The notes beneath the pieces were generated by a model that saw only the letters and a list, made by a program, of their open reading frames with translations, had not been told where the DNA came from and did not search any database. Below are positions 1 through 9,316 of a stretch of DNA of 64,000 nt, in pieces (position 1 is the stretch's first letter; every line of letters starts with the position of its first letter). The translations under genes were made by a program, and so were the position numbers. The DNA is from an uncultured virus (IMG/VR IMGVR_UViG_3300032316_001438) (Duplodnaviria > Heunggongvirae > Uroviricota > Caudoviricetes), in IMG/VR virus record IMGVR_UViG_3300032316_001438; one strand, 5' to 3'.

Positions 1-198
1 GTTTCTAGAAAAATTACTTCTATCACCAGCTAGAAATTTATCAACCGTCTGCCACGATCTATAAAACTCATGCAAAGGTGTTTTCTCATTCACCAGCCCA
101 TTGACCGTAAATCCCCATACTTCGATTATGCCATCACCCAGCTCAACAAGCTCTCCATCATTGGTTACTATCCATCTTGAAGGAAATGAGTCAGGCAT
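1..198 (-). CDS. hypothetical protein (3' partial, runs off window start)
   Basis: ATG at 198, open to position 1 (MPDSFPSRWIVTNDGELVELGDG...). Confidence 0.45.
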   Translation of the reverse strand, partial: MPDSFPSRWIVTNDGELVELGDGIIEVWGFTVNGLVNEKTPLHEFYRSWQTVDKFLAGDRSNFSRN

Positions 199-219
199 AA
201 TCAATATGTCGGTTATACT

Positions 220-402
220 TTAAAATTTATCGACTACTATCGACTCATGGGGATAAGTTAATCTCTGCTGAGACTCTAAAGTGAACGCCTTAGTCGTTAG
301 ATTCAAAATTAGAGCGCATCCCTCATTAGATTTTTCAAATTTGCTTGACCACTCAGCATATCCAGGTAGATTGGTTATCTCAATATAGGTTAGCTTTTTC
401 AT
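220..402 (-). CDS. small hypothetical protein
   Basis: 60 aa ORF co-oriented with neighbours, AT-rich leader. Confidence 0.5.
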   Translation of the reverse strand: MKKLTYIEITNLPGYAEWSSKFEKSNEGCALILNLTTKAFTLESQQRLTYPHESIVVDKF

Positions 403-477
403 TTAGTTATCAATTAAGAACAAATTTACGCCAAACATATATATCGCTACTGAGAGCCGCCCAACTACCACTAATAA

Positions 478-954
478 TTAATTTCCAGACCCACTCTTGC
501 GGTAATCCCAAGGCGCAACCGGATTAACGTCTGCCCACAGCCCACGCCCCGCGGCTTTGGCCTCCGCCTGGAGAGCATCTAGCGATGCATCAGTAGAATA
601 TCGCTTGTAGTGCCATGCGAGCCCGGCTCGGACCAGCTCTCGGTTGAGCGACGAGCCATCCGGCAGCGTGACGAAGGCGACCTTGCGGCCATACTTATCA
701 GTGTCGGTGATGCGAAGCGTGATGGTCTGACCAAAGCATTTTAAGGAGGTGAACTCTTTGGCCTTCTGGCCGTAGGCCTGCGACTTTTCAGGCGCATCGA
801 TCGAGGCCAGGCGCACGCGCGTCTCCACTCCATCGAGAATGACTTTGATCGTGTCTCCATCGGAGACGGCTACGACTTTGACTACATCTGTTTTCTGCTC
901 GGGCGCAAAGGAGCAAAGAAGGATCAGCGCAAAAAGGGCAAACACATTTTTCAT
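478..954 (-). CDS. thermonuclease (staphylococcal nuclease-like) with signal peptide
   Basis: DGDT, RLASIDAPE, DKYGR and GLW motifs; N-terminal hydrophobic signal. Confidence 0.93.
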   Translation of the reverse strand: MKNVFALFALILLCSFAPEQKTDVVKVVAVSDGDTIKVILDGVETRVRLASIDAPEKSQAYGQKAKEFTSLKCFGQTITLRITDTDKYGRKVAFVTLPDGSSLNRELVRAGLAWHYKRYSTDASLDALQAEAKAAGRGLWADVNPVAPWDYRKSGSGN

Positions 955-1048
955 AGTTTAAAAAATTTAGTAAAAGTTATTGTTGTGATAAAGTATTACA
1001 GAATGGGAAAAAGTGAAAAAGATGATAGAAATATTTTTTAGAACAATG

Positions 1049-1372
1049 TTAAACTCTAATCTCTTGCGTGTGGAACAGAAGCTCATTGTCTGCCGGGTTC
1101 CAATCTTGCTCATTAGCGATATTATCAGCCCTGTCTTTATCGGTCACAGATTCATACTCGTTACGGTACCGGTACTCGAAGTCCTGAAACGCCTGGAGAT
1201 ATTCCTCCATGGTTTCTTCTTTCTTTGCGGCTCTGAACCCAAAATCTTCGTGAAGTGTCGATTTAAGTTTTTCAAATGCTTCATCTCTTTGAGGGGTGAC
1301 AAAAGGCTCATTCTCGTTGATTAACCCAGACCAAACGTGAAGAATAACCCATACTGATATTGCCTTTTTCAT
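1049..1372 (-). CDS. hypothetical protein
   Basis: 107 aa acidic ORF in minus-strand block. Confidence 0.65.
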   Translation of the reverse strand: MKKAISVWVILHVWSGLINENEPFVTPQRDEAFEKLKSTLHEDFGFRAAKKEETMEEYLQAFQDFEYRYRNEYESVTDKDRADNIANEQDWNPADNELLFHTQEIRV

Positions 1373-1405
1373 AGTTGATTGTTTAATGTGAAACCACTTT
1401 TGGAA

Positions 1406-1642
1406 TTAATTCAGCCTACCTATTTCCTTCTCAGCCCTACGCTGCTCAAAGTCGCGGGCGATCAAATCATAAATCACCTGTCGATCTGTATCACAAGGGA
1501 TATACTTAAGCAGCGCCCTGTCAAGCTCATACTTAGACTTTCTCACCGTGTTTACAGGGTTATTCCTGGAGCCCTCTACGGAAACATAAACCACTCCACA
1601 AACATCACTCTCTGAATTAGGGACAACCATAGTTAAGCTCAT
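1406..1642 (-). CDS. hypothetical protein
   Basis: 78 aa ORF 50 bp downstream of motif variant GCGACCG at 1692. Confidence 0.6.
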   Translation of the reverse strand: MSLTMVVPNSESDVCGVVYVSVEGSRNNPVNTVRKSKYELDRALLKYIPCDTDRQVIYDLIARDFEQRRAEKEIGRLN

Positions 1643-1654
1643 AAAACAAATTTA

Positions 1655-1990
1655 TTAAATAAGACTAACCACAAACAAAGCAACCACAACTGCGACCGAC
1701 ACCCCGCAATACCTCGCTACAAGTTCACGCCCACGCTCCGAGCTACTGGTGGGTCCGCAACCTTCTTTTGTTGGGTGATCGTAGAACCCCAGCTTGAGAG
1801 CTTCTATATCTCGCGCAGCATGGAATGGTACCAACGGACCCTGGTGGCCTGAAGGGCGCTTGCAATACTGGCCGGCCTTCGCGTGGCAGTCCGGGCATTC
1901 GACTTCAAAGACCGGATCTTGCCGAAATTCATGTTGACAGCTATTACAAGTAGTTGGAACATTTGGCTTCGATGCCGGATAAAAACTCAT
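1655..1990 (-). CDS. zinc-finger domain protein
   Basis: CxxC...H and CPDC-x7-C...H..R metal-binding patterns. Confidence 0.7.
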   Translation of the reverse strand: MSFYPASKPNVPTTCNSCQHEFRQDPVFEVECPDCHAKAGQYCKRPSGHQGPLVPFHAARDIEALKLGFYDHPTKEGCGPTSSSERGRELVARYCGVSVAVVVALFVVSLI

Positions 1991-2298
1991 TGCGGAAATA
2001 ACTTTTTAAACAGTGTAGGATTTAAAATAGACAATGCTTGTTTAAAACCGTTGAGATACCCGTACATATCGTTAGTGAAACAGCTAGACTCCGATTCTGC
2101 GTATTGGTTTGCCAGGAGTTGAATAACATCCTCTGTGATGTCCACCTCGATCACACTACTAACAACGATATCATTCTCGTCTCCTTGCTGCGTGTGTAGA
2201 AGGTACTCTTTTACTAAACTGATAGCGTCCTCCTCGCTCTGTGCTACAACAAGGGTAGGTGAAGAGTTTTGATTGTGCAATGCTTGAAATATTTTCAT
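1987..2298 (-). CDS. hypothetical protein
   Basis: 103 aa ORF whose stop overlaps the next start; VVAQSEEDA motif. Confidence 0.65.
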   Translation of the reverse strand: MKIFQALHNQNSSPTLVVAQSEEDAISLVKEYLLHTQQGDENDIVVSSVIEVDITEDVIQLLANQYAESESSCFTNDMYGYLNGFKQALSILNPTLFKKLFPQ

Positions 2299-2315
2299 AA
2301 GGCAAAAGTATATAT

Positions 2316-2642
2316 CTATTCACTACACACAAGAATCTCATGCTTGCCAGCGTAGTCTCTAACCTTTGAGCGCTCATCTTGAAGGTACTTAATGAAGATA
2401 TCGAGTTCCTTTAGACCCATTTCAACTGACATACTTTGCATCCTCTTTCCAATTTTTAAAATCTCTATTTGAATCCCGGCTGAATGGCCTCTTTTTGAGG
2501 CGGTAAGCGCTCTGTAATCTTGCTTGTCACCACTAGGCATAAGAACATAATCCTCCATCGTGAAGTGGGGGGTATCCAGGGTGTCAACGAAAACGGATGT
2601 TTCTACAACGTAATTATCGCTGGTTCTTTTTATGTGTTTCAT
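2316..2642 (-). CDS. hypothetical protein
   Basis: 108 aa ORF in operon-like block. Confidence 0.65.
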   Translation of the reverse strand: MKHIKRTSDNYVVETSVFVDTLDTPHFTMEDYVLMPSGDKQDYRALTASKRGHSAGIQIEILKIGKRMQSMSVEMGLKELDIFIKYLQDERSKVRDYAGKHEILVCSE

Positions 2643-2658
2643 TTATCGAAATGATTAG

Positions 2659-3051
2659 TTAAGCTGCAATTAAAAAATTCCGTACCGCTGGCACTAGCGC
2701 TCCTGGGAACACCGGCTGAAGGAGTCGGCTGTTCATAAACTTCACAAGACCTTTATCGCTATGGATAGGCCGAGGGTTTAGTTTGCATCCACCACAGGTG
2801 ATCACATTGTAACCTCCCTGATAAGAAGCAACCTTAACCTGAAGCGGCTTGACGTAGAAAAGGAACGGATCGTTAATCAGAGAATGGTTTTCCTTTATTT
2901 TATTCAAGTGGTAGTCAAAGTCCAGATGATATCTTCTGTCAAGTTGAATAGAAAGGTTAGCTAACTCCAAAGGCGTTGATGAAGGAATCAGGTAGACTAT
3001 CAATCCTGTTTTGAATAAGGCTTTTGCTTTTTGTTTTGTTACCTCAATCAT
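2659..3051 (-). CDS. hypothetical protein
   Basis: 130 aa ORF, first gene after motif at 3102. Confidence 0.65.
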   Translation of the reverse strand: MIEVTKQKAKALFKTGLIVYLIPSSTPLELANLSIQLDRRYHLDFDYHLNKIKENHSLINDPFLFYVKPLQVKVASYQGGYNVITCGGCKLNPRPIHSDKGLVKFMNSRLLQPVFPGALVPAVRNFLIAA

Positions 3052-3101
3052 AAGTTGATAATTTGAAAGGTAGAGATCAAAAGAACAAATGGATTCAACT
3101 A

Positions 3102-3108
3102 CCGACCG
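3102..3108 (-). promoter_or_regulatory. CGGTCGG upstream element (representative of about 21 copies between 1692 and 50755)
   Basis: CCGACCG on + at 3102, 3770, 13198, 13828, 14336, 14984, 21793, 23576, 24724, 30543, 34819, 35446, 37025, 38606, 39307, 47614, 49346, 50749; variants at 1692, 21226, 22671; each 38-67 bp upstream of a minus-strand ATG. Confidence 0.8.
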
Positions 3109-3120
3109 CCCAGGGCGCGA

Positions 3121-3717
3121 TTAAGCCGCCTGGGTTAGATGATGATTTCCGTTTAGACCATTATCACTTCTTAACACCGATTCATACGTTGAAATCACTT
3201 TTTTTACCGCGCTCACAACTTTAATCTGATGTATGCAGTCGTTGATAGGCTCATGCTTTACACCAACAAACTCAACACTCTCACGTATTCCAGCTATGGC
3301 CTTGGAGTAGGTACGATAGTCCCATTCATTGAAGCTACTCCATGGCACTTGAAGGGAAAGTTTTAAATAGGCATATTCAAGTATTCCAAGATCAAAGCGT
3401 GACGAATTTCCCCATACTTTAACCGGTTCGGGAAACGTGCGCTTAATAAAGTTGGAAAAGGAGTTGAGTGAATCTGACAATTTGATCGTACCGCAAAAGC
3501 TGTGAGCCGCTGTGTTTACTGGTTGCTTGCTCCACCAATCTGATGTTGCCTGTTCAACATGGAAACCTTGCGAAACACTATCGCAGAGGTCAATTTTAGA
3601 AAGGAATTGATTTCCGGTATAGCCCGTTGCGAGGTCAAATTGGACGGCACCGATAGCGAGAATAACACAACCCGGCTTGGTGCCAAGAGTCTCAAGATCA
3701 ATCATTAAATCAGTCAT
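3121..3717 (-). CDS. 3'-5' exonuclease/exoribonuclease (DEDD, RNase AS / ExoVIII C-terminal-like)
   Basis: MIDLETLG, WGN..FD, D.RT and H....D motifs. Confidence 0.88.
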   Translation of the reverse strand: MTDLMIDLETLGTKPGCVILAIGAVQFDLATGYTGNQFLSKIDLCDSVSQGFHVEQATSDWWSKQPVNTAAHSFCGTIKLSDSLNSFSNFIKRTFPEPVKVWGNSSRFDLGILEYAYLKLSLQVPWSSFNEWDYRTYSKAIAGIRESVEFVGVKHEPINDCIHQIKVVSAVKKVISTYESVLRSDNGLNGNHHLTQAA

Positions 3718-3807
3718 GGTCTATTCGTTCAATACCTCTCATATCACACGATCCAATGGAGGTCAACCACCGACCGGCCCGGATTTGGACTAATTCAAAT
3801 ACTATTC

Positions 3808-3830
3808 TATTTTTGTCTTCACGTCCAAAA
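3808..3830 (+). promoter_or_regulatory. Bacteroidota sigma70-type -7 element (TATTTTTG) followed by ACGTCCAAAA
   Basis: Matches TAnnTTTG consensus upstream of the ATG at 3838. Confidence 0.6.
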
Positions 3831-3837
3831 AGAAGAA

Positions 3838-4335
3838 ATGAGCCGCAAGCAGGTATACAATATATCCTATGCTATAAACACTGACATCGATGAGGTGCAT
3901 CACTTTTTTCAAGAAAAACTAGGTACTCTTTTATTCTACAACGCTCTTGCCAGAACTTCAGAAGCTGAGCATTACAATGTTCTTAATCTTAAAGCAATGG
4001 TGGATCATGATCCACGATCTGTGATAGTGGCCAGAGACAACGGCCAGATCAAGGGCATTTGCATCAACCGGTTCGATGATTACACCATCTGGCTATCATG
4101 GATAATGGTAGACAATAGCATAGGAAATTTACGGGCTGGTGTTGGTAGTGCCATATTGAATAAATTAAACGAGTCAGCATCGGAGAGGGATTGCCATAAG
4201 GTGTGGTGTGATTGCCGCACCGATAACGTGATTGGCATTGAGTTCTTGAAAAAAAACGGATACAGTGTCTTGTGTGAAATCAAAAACCACTGGTATAGAC
4301 AGGATTTTTATCTGATGGAACGTGTGATGTGCTAG
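3838..4335 (+). CDS. GNAT family N-acetyltransferase
   Basis: R.GVGSAIL acetyl-CoA loop and N..GIEFLKKNGY motif. Confidence 0.85.
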   Translation: MSRKQVYNISYAINTDIDEVHHFFQEKLGTLLFYNALARTSEAEHYNVLNLKAMVDHDPRSVIVARDNGQIKGICINRFDDYTIWLSWIMVDNSIGNLRAGVGSAILNKLNESASERDCHKVWCDCRTDNVIGIEFLKKNGYSVLCEIKNHWYRQDFYLMERVMC

Positions 4336-4463
4336 TCACGAACAAAGAAATAGGATACGTTTAAAAAAAGAAAAACAGAATATGGAGGCAATAGCAGTGT
4401 GGGGAGTGATAGTAGTTACTGTTGGTATTGCGATGTCACGGTTAAAAAGAAAAACAAGTAGAT

Positions 4464-5249
4464 ATGCAAAATATAACAAGTACGGAAGCGGTACTCGAAT
4501 ATAGACAAGAGCCAGCCGTTGCTCCGGTTCGGATATGGCATAGGCTATTTCATAACATCGGGTTATACTTCAGAATCATGTCAGGAAAAAAATCCCGCCT
4601 TGTGACAGAAATACAATCCGGGCACAAATACAGTATTGTTTTCCCATGCGATAAGACAGCCACAGAGGCCGCTAATGAAATGGCACTCAGGGCTTTTGGG
4701 AAGGCGAACTATATACCCGCCTCAGTCATTGAGTTATGGCGTAAGAAAAACCCAAAACTTCTCTCGGTGCTGGTTGATTCAAATTCATCTTGTAGAGGAT
4801 ACTTTGATCTACTTCCGCTAAAGGAACAATTTTACAAGAGCTTCATGCGCGGGGAAAAAGTGGAGGAGGACATCACAGCTGATGTGATCATGGGCCCGGA
4901 TCAGGAGCCGACGCATTTGTACATTGGCGGTGTAACCTCCACGGACGGAAACCCAATTATCGGTTCACTTCTTTTGACTTCGATCTTACTCAAAATACGA
5001 TATCTATATCTGTACACTAATAAAAAACCAATCACTATTGGTGCTCTCGCCGCAACGGAAGACGGCGAATACTACTTGAAGGAGTTTGCCTTTCAAGAGG
5101 CTCTTGTGTCAAAGGGGATGCGAAAGGATGGGATGACTTTCTATGAGCGCGAGATCTCTAAGGCGGATATTGACGAACATCTGGACGAGTGGGGGAGAAG
5201 GAGCAAGTTCTTAGACTACTCAGCCTATCGATGGTATATGGTGAGGTGA
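4464..5249 (+). CDS. hypothetical protein, possible divergent GNAT fold
   Basis: LYIGGV...ALAATEDGEYYLKEFAF resembles GNAT C-terminal motifs. Confidence 0.55.
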   Translation: MQNITSTEAVLEYRQEPAVAPVRIWHRLFHNIGLYFRIMSGKKSRLVTEIQSGHKYSIVFPCDKTATEAANEMALRAFGKANYIPASVIELWRKKNPKLLSVLVDSNSSCRGYFDLLPLKEQFYKSFMRGEKVEEDITADVIMGPDQEPTHLYIGGVTSTDGNPIIGSLLLTSILLKIRYLYLYTNKKPITIGALAATEDGEYYLKEFAFQEALVSKGMRKDGMTFYEREISKADIDEHLDEWGRRSKFLDYSAYRWYMVR

Positions 5250-5293
5250 TTACGAGCGATTAAAAAAAACCAGTACATATAAATAGTACAAAA

Positions 5294-5746
5294 ATGAAAG
5301 AGTTTCTATCGGAGTCAGCAAAGGAGATTTACCAAAGAAGCCAATGGGAGGCATTTCGGTTGGGGAATAACAGTTTGGAAGCTGAACATATTGTATTAGC
5401 GATGATCCGTCAGGGAGGAAGTGATGCGGTAGAATTTATCAAGAGCGCTGGAGTTGAGCTTGAGAAATTATGCGAACGGATGGAATTTCTATCTCAGGTT
5501 AAACTAGAGCAACCAGCAACAGACGGCATGGAGATACCAATTTCCATCTGTGCAAAAAAAGCGATAACACTTGCATACCTGGAAACAAAAGTATCTAACC
5601 ATACTTCAATTGAAATTGATGATTTGTTTCTGGCTATACTTCGCAATACAGAGAACGGAATAGAACCAATGTTCTGCAAGTATGGCATCACCTATGAGTC
5701 GTTCAGGTATTTTGTTGAAAATAAAAAGTCAAAAGCAATCTTATGA
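5294..5746 (+). CDS. stand-alone Clp protease N-terminal (repeat) domain protein
   Basis: EAFRLGNNSLEAEHIVLAMIR and a second repeat (AYLE...IEIDDLFLAILR); no AAA+ domain. Confidence 0.85.
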   Translation: MKEFLSESAKEIYQRSQWEAFRLGNNSLEAEHIVLAMIRQGGSDAVEFIKSAGVELEKLCERMEFLSQVKLEQPATDGMEIPISICAKKAITLAYLETKVSNHTSIEIDDLFLAILRNTENGIEPMFCKYGITYESFRYFVENKKSKAIL

Positions 5747-6114
5747 GAAGGCGAGACAGGATAGTGACTATTGTTGTCGGAGTATGTATAACAATCGTTA
5801 TTGGTGCCAACATTGCCATTTTCGCATTAGTTGATAAGAAAAGGAAGGCTCAGATTGAGGCAGAGCTTGGGGTCAGCCACGTTAACTATTCGTCACATGC
5901 TGCAAAGTTTATTGTTGAAGTATATGGCAACAAAAAAGGTGACAGCTTATTTATCGTAAAGCGATGGGAGTGGGACCAAGAGGGAGCCGGGAAATATTGG
6001 GTTAAGGTGGGGGAGTTTAAAAAGAGAGACCAGGCCGATTCGGTAAAGGAGGCACTGCGTACCGGTGATATAAAAAAGAAAGAAAATGAACTTCAGTTGG
6101 TGGAAAGATATTAG
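5743..6114 (+). CDS. single-pass membrane protein
   Basis: N-terminal hydrophobic helix; shares motifs with the next ORF. Confidence 0.65.
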   Translation: MRRRDRIVTIVVGVCITIVIGANIAIFALVDKKRKAQIEAELGVSHVNYSSHAAKFIVEVYGNKKGDSLFIVKRWEWDQEGAGKYWVKVGEFKKRDQADSVKEALRTGDIKKKENELQLVERY

Positions 6115-6179
6115 TAGTGGAAATCATTCTGCAAGGATGTTTTCAGAAGTTAAAGTAAGTAACAAATAAAAAATACAAT

Positions 6180-6803
6180 ATGACAAATGCTTTTAATAAA
6201 CTAAAAAGTGTCGCTACGAAAATGAAAACCGATTTCATAGAATGGAGACCAGGTAAAACGGCCAGATATTTAACTTTGGGTTACTTCATAATGCTCATAC
6301 TCGCGATAATCTACTTAACGATCGATAGAGCACCTATAGGTGGCAGTATAGGCGATATATTTAAAGCCAACAATCCTGATAAGGTAAGAGTGCCACGACC
6401 ATTGATATATTCAGGCAAACACATCGAATCAGCCTCAATAAAACAAGTACCGGCCATGATAGGTACCGATACTGATAAATCTTCTCAGTCGGTTCTTTCA
6501 AAAAAAATAGCTGGAATAAAACCTTCGAAGTACTATTTTAATGTTTTCGCTAACAAACTAGGTGACACGACATTCACTTTATTGATCAAGGATGAGGTGC
6601 CGGGCTCAGACTCGGGATATCTAATTGGCGAGTTCAAGAGTAGAGGCTTATGCTTACGGGCGATGGACTCAGTAATTAGAAAGCGCGCAAAAGTGATAGC
6701 TGCTGAATTAAGATTAGTGGAAGTAGTCACAGAGACAGAACTTGCTCATCAAAAAAAAATGGCAAAAATAATAGCAGAGCTTAGGCAAAGTGAACTACGA
6801 TGA
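6180..6803 (+). CDS. single-pass membrane protein
   Basis: Hydrophobic helix at about aa 30-48; shares motifs with the previous ORF. Confidence 0.65.
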   Translation: MTNAFNKLKSVATKMKTDFIEWRPGKTARYLTLGYFIMLILAIIYLTIDRAPIGGSIGDIFKANNPDKVRVPRPLIYSGKHIESASIKQVPAMIGTDTDKSSQSVLSKKIAGIKPSKYYFNVFANKLGDTTFTLLIKDEVPGSDSGYLIGEFKSRGLCLRAMDSVIRKRAKVIAAELRLVEVVTETELAHQKKMAKIIAELRQSELR

Positions 6804-7822
6804 TTTTTAGTTGGTGGAAAGATATCATTAGAGGCAGAAGCAAAGATTATAAAACTGTTTGCGATAAGGTCAGCGTTTCGGAGTTCAACATTAAGTCTGC
6901 TCTTTTTGGTTTGTCCGTAGGAGACGCGCTCGGCGTGCCGTTCGAATTTAAAAGTCGGCAGTTGATGAGAATTTATCCCGCCACAGATATGAGTGGACAT
7001 GGAACATACAATCTCCCTAGTGGAACATTTTCTGATGACAGCTCGCTGAGCTTTTGCCTGGCCGAGTCGCTTAAGGATGGATTTAATCCTAGTGACATAG
7101 CGCAAAAGTTCATCAACTGGCGATACTACAATTATTGGTCTGCGAGGGGCAATGTGTTTGATGTTGGTAATTCCACAGCTAAAGCGATAGACAAACTTGC
7201 GCAAGGGGTTAGTGTCAACAAATCAGGTGGTACCACTTTGGTCTCCAACGGAAACGGTTCTTTGATGAGGATACTGCCACTAGTTTTCATATTTGGAAAT
7301 GAACCAATAAAAGAAAGACTCCGGATGACAAAACAAGTGTCCTCTATCACACACGCTCACGAACTATCTGTTGTTAGTTGCTTTTATTATTTGGAGTTTG
7401 CCAGAGCCATTATTGCAGCCAGAGAAAAGTTTGAGGTGTATGAAATGATGAAGAAGTTGTTTTCTGAAAACCAGAAAATGATTGGCTTAAAAAAGGATTG
7501 TGAATCATTCGATAGGCTGATAAAGGGAGACATTTTTCTTCTTAACGAGGAGGATATCAAAAGTAGTGGCTACGTGATAGATACTCTGGAGGCGAGTATA
7601 TGGTGTTTTCTCACCACCCAAAGTTATGCGCAGGCCGTGTTGAAGGCTGTTAGTCTGGGAGAAGACACAGATACTACCGCCACTGTTACCGGAGGCCTTG
7701 CCGGACTTTATTACGGCTATGGCGGGATCCCGGAGAACTGGGTCGAGCAGATGGCCATGCGCCAGGAGATTGAATCGCTGGCGAAAATGCTTGGTGCGAA
7801 AATAGGAGGTGCGTTCGTTTAG
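6800..7822 (+). CDS. ADP-ribosylglycohydrolase family protein
   Basis: GDALG, SDD, GNGSLMR, TH and DTDT motifs. Confidence 0.93.
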   Translation: MIFSWWKDIIRGRSKDYKTVCDKVSVSEFNIKSALFGLSVGDALGVPFEFKSRQLMRIYPATDMSGHGTYNLPSGTFSDDSSLSFCLAESLKDGFNPSDIAQKFINWRYYNYWSARGNVFDVGNSTAKAIDKLAQGVSVNKSGGTTLVSNGNGSLMRILPLVFIFGNEPIKERLRMTKQVSSITHAHELSVVSCFYYLEFARAIIAAREKFEVYEMMKKLFSENQKMIGLKKDCESFDRLIKGDIFLLNEEDIKSSGYVIDTLEASIWCFLTTQSYAQAVLKAVSLGEDTDTTATVTGGLAGLYYGYGGIPENWVEQMAMRQEIESLAKMLGAKIGGAFV

Positions 7823-7888
7823 CGAGAACTAGAATATTAAATTAGGGTTGGCGTCTTTAATCGACCCGAATTCGGATGTAAACCACCG

Positions 7889-9115
7889 TTATACAAAACC
7901 TACACAATGTTTCACATTGCTGTTTGCTTCCTGCTTCATTGAGATTCCGCTGATGATTGGCGGGGATTGTATCTCTCCACAGGCATAAACGGTGTAACTC
8001 ACCGCCTTTTTTTGAAGGTTTAAACTCGCGTTCAAATCCCTATCTATTATTAAATCACACTTGTCGCAATGGTAGACTCGCTCTGTTAATTCTACGGAGC
8101 TTTTCTTGTTTCCACAGCAACTGCAAATCTTACTGCTTGCGTAAAATCTATCAACTACTGTCAAAGTAGATCCGTACCACTGGCTTTTGTATTCACATTG
8201 CCGCCTAAACTCATAAAACCCGCCATCCGAAATAGCACTGGCGAGCTTATGATTTATTAGCATGCCGCTAACATTCAAATCTTCAATCACTATCTCACTA
8301 AAGTTTCTTGTGAGGTAGGTCGTTAATTTGTGAATGCTATCCTTTCTGATATTGGCGATTCTCTGGTGAATTCTAGCTACTCGCTTAACTTCCTTCTTGT
8401 AATTATTGCTTTGGTTCTTGGCAACTTTTACAAATTTCTTGCTAACCTTTCGCTGGGCAATCTTTAATTTTCTTTTATTCCTCCCGTACGCTTTAACATT
8501 TTTAAACTCCTCACCATTGCTTAACGTGGCTAGTGTTTTGATTCCTATATCGACTCCAATGGTTTCGGTTTTTTTGATTGTTGCGATTGGTGTGTGAGCC
8601 ACTTTAAAGCTAACGAACCACTCATCTGCAGTTCGACTAATAACAACGTTCTTGATTTCTTCAGCAGGAAGAAGCTCCGAACATTTTAACCATCCGAATT
8701 TAGGAATCTTAATTTTCGTTCCATTGGTTCTGATTGCTCCTTCCAAATAAAAGCTATCACGCACTCCGCGTTTTTTATAGTTAGGCAGGCCTTGTAGTCG
8801 ACCTTTCTTATCCTTCAGCTTGTAACCACTCTTCTTTTGCTTTCGATGAAAGTTTTTGAAAGCTTTCTCCAGGTTGCGAAGGGCCTCCTGAGGGCTACAC
8901 TTGGAGCTTATGTAGTACCAAGGTTTTATTGTCTTTACCTCAGCTACTAATTTCTTATGCAAATCAATAGCCGATGGAATTCTCTCTTCCGCCTCAAATG
9001 CTTTTTTACAAACATCGATACCCCAATTATACGCATCGCGCACAGTTCCAGCGTGACGCGCAGCCAGTGTTATTTGTTTGTTGTTTAATTCTAAGCGAAC
9101 TTTTACGGACTTCAT
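7889..9115 (-). CDS. tnpB: RNA-guided endonuclease TnpB
   Basis: RuvC D (GVDIG), E (IEDL) and D (DRDLNA) all present; CxxC..CxxC zinc ribbon. Confidence 0.93.
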   Translation of the reverse strand: MKSVKVRLELNNKQITLAARHAGTVRDAYNWGIDVCKKAFEAEERIPSAIDLHKKLVAEVKTIKPWYYISSKCSPQEALRNLEKAFKNFHRKQKKSGYKLKDKKGRLQGLPNYKKRGVRDSFYLEGAIRTNGTKIKIPKFGWLKCSELLPAEEIKNVVISRTADEWFVSFKVAHTPIATIKKTETIGVDIGIKTLATLSNGEEFKNVKAYGRNKRKLKIAQRKVSKKFVKVAKNQSNNYKKEVKRVARIHQRIANIRKDSIHKLTTYLTRNFSEIVIEDLNVSGMLINHKLASAISDGGFYEFRRQCEYKSQWYGSTLTVVDRFYASSKICSCCGNKKSSVELTERVYHCDKCDLIIDRDLNASLNLQKKAVSYTVYACGEIQSPPIISGISMKQEANSNVKHCVGFV

Positions 9116-9255
9116 TACAAACCGTGCTTCTCGTAGTCAGCTTTGCGAATAGCGAGTGCCCAGTTGTACACGAACCTGGCGCTGCCCATGCTCTTGGCCA
9201 GAAATTGTTTCTGCTCCTCGGTAGGGTATAATCTGTATTTGTAGGCTATAAGCAT
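9115..9255 (-). pseudogene. truncated TnpB N-terminal HTH fragment (46 aa), not in ORF track
   Basis: MLIAYKYRLYPTEEQKQFLAKSMGSARFVYNWALAIRKADYEKHGL*; stop overlaps the tnpB start (TAATG). Confidence 0.8.
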
Positions 9256-9316
9256 AATTCGTTATCGTAAAGATAAAATAAAAAAAATACTAGTTAAGAG
9301 TAACGGCGCTAGGTCA

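Larger units (their letters stand above)
7886..9300 (-). mobile_element. TnpB-only IS200/IS605/IS607-derived element (left end approximate)
   Basis: tnpB ending ...GAAGCAGGAAGCAAACAG...GTAGGTTTTGTATAACGG, resembling an IS607-type right end; no tnpA seen. Confidence 0.6.
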
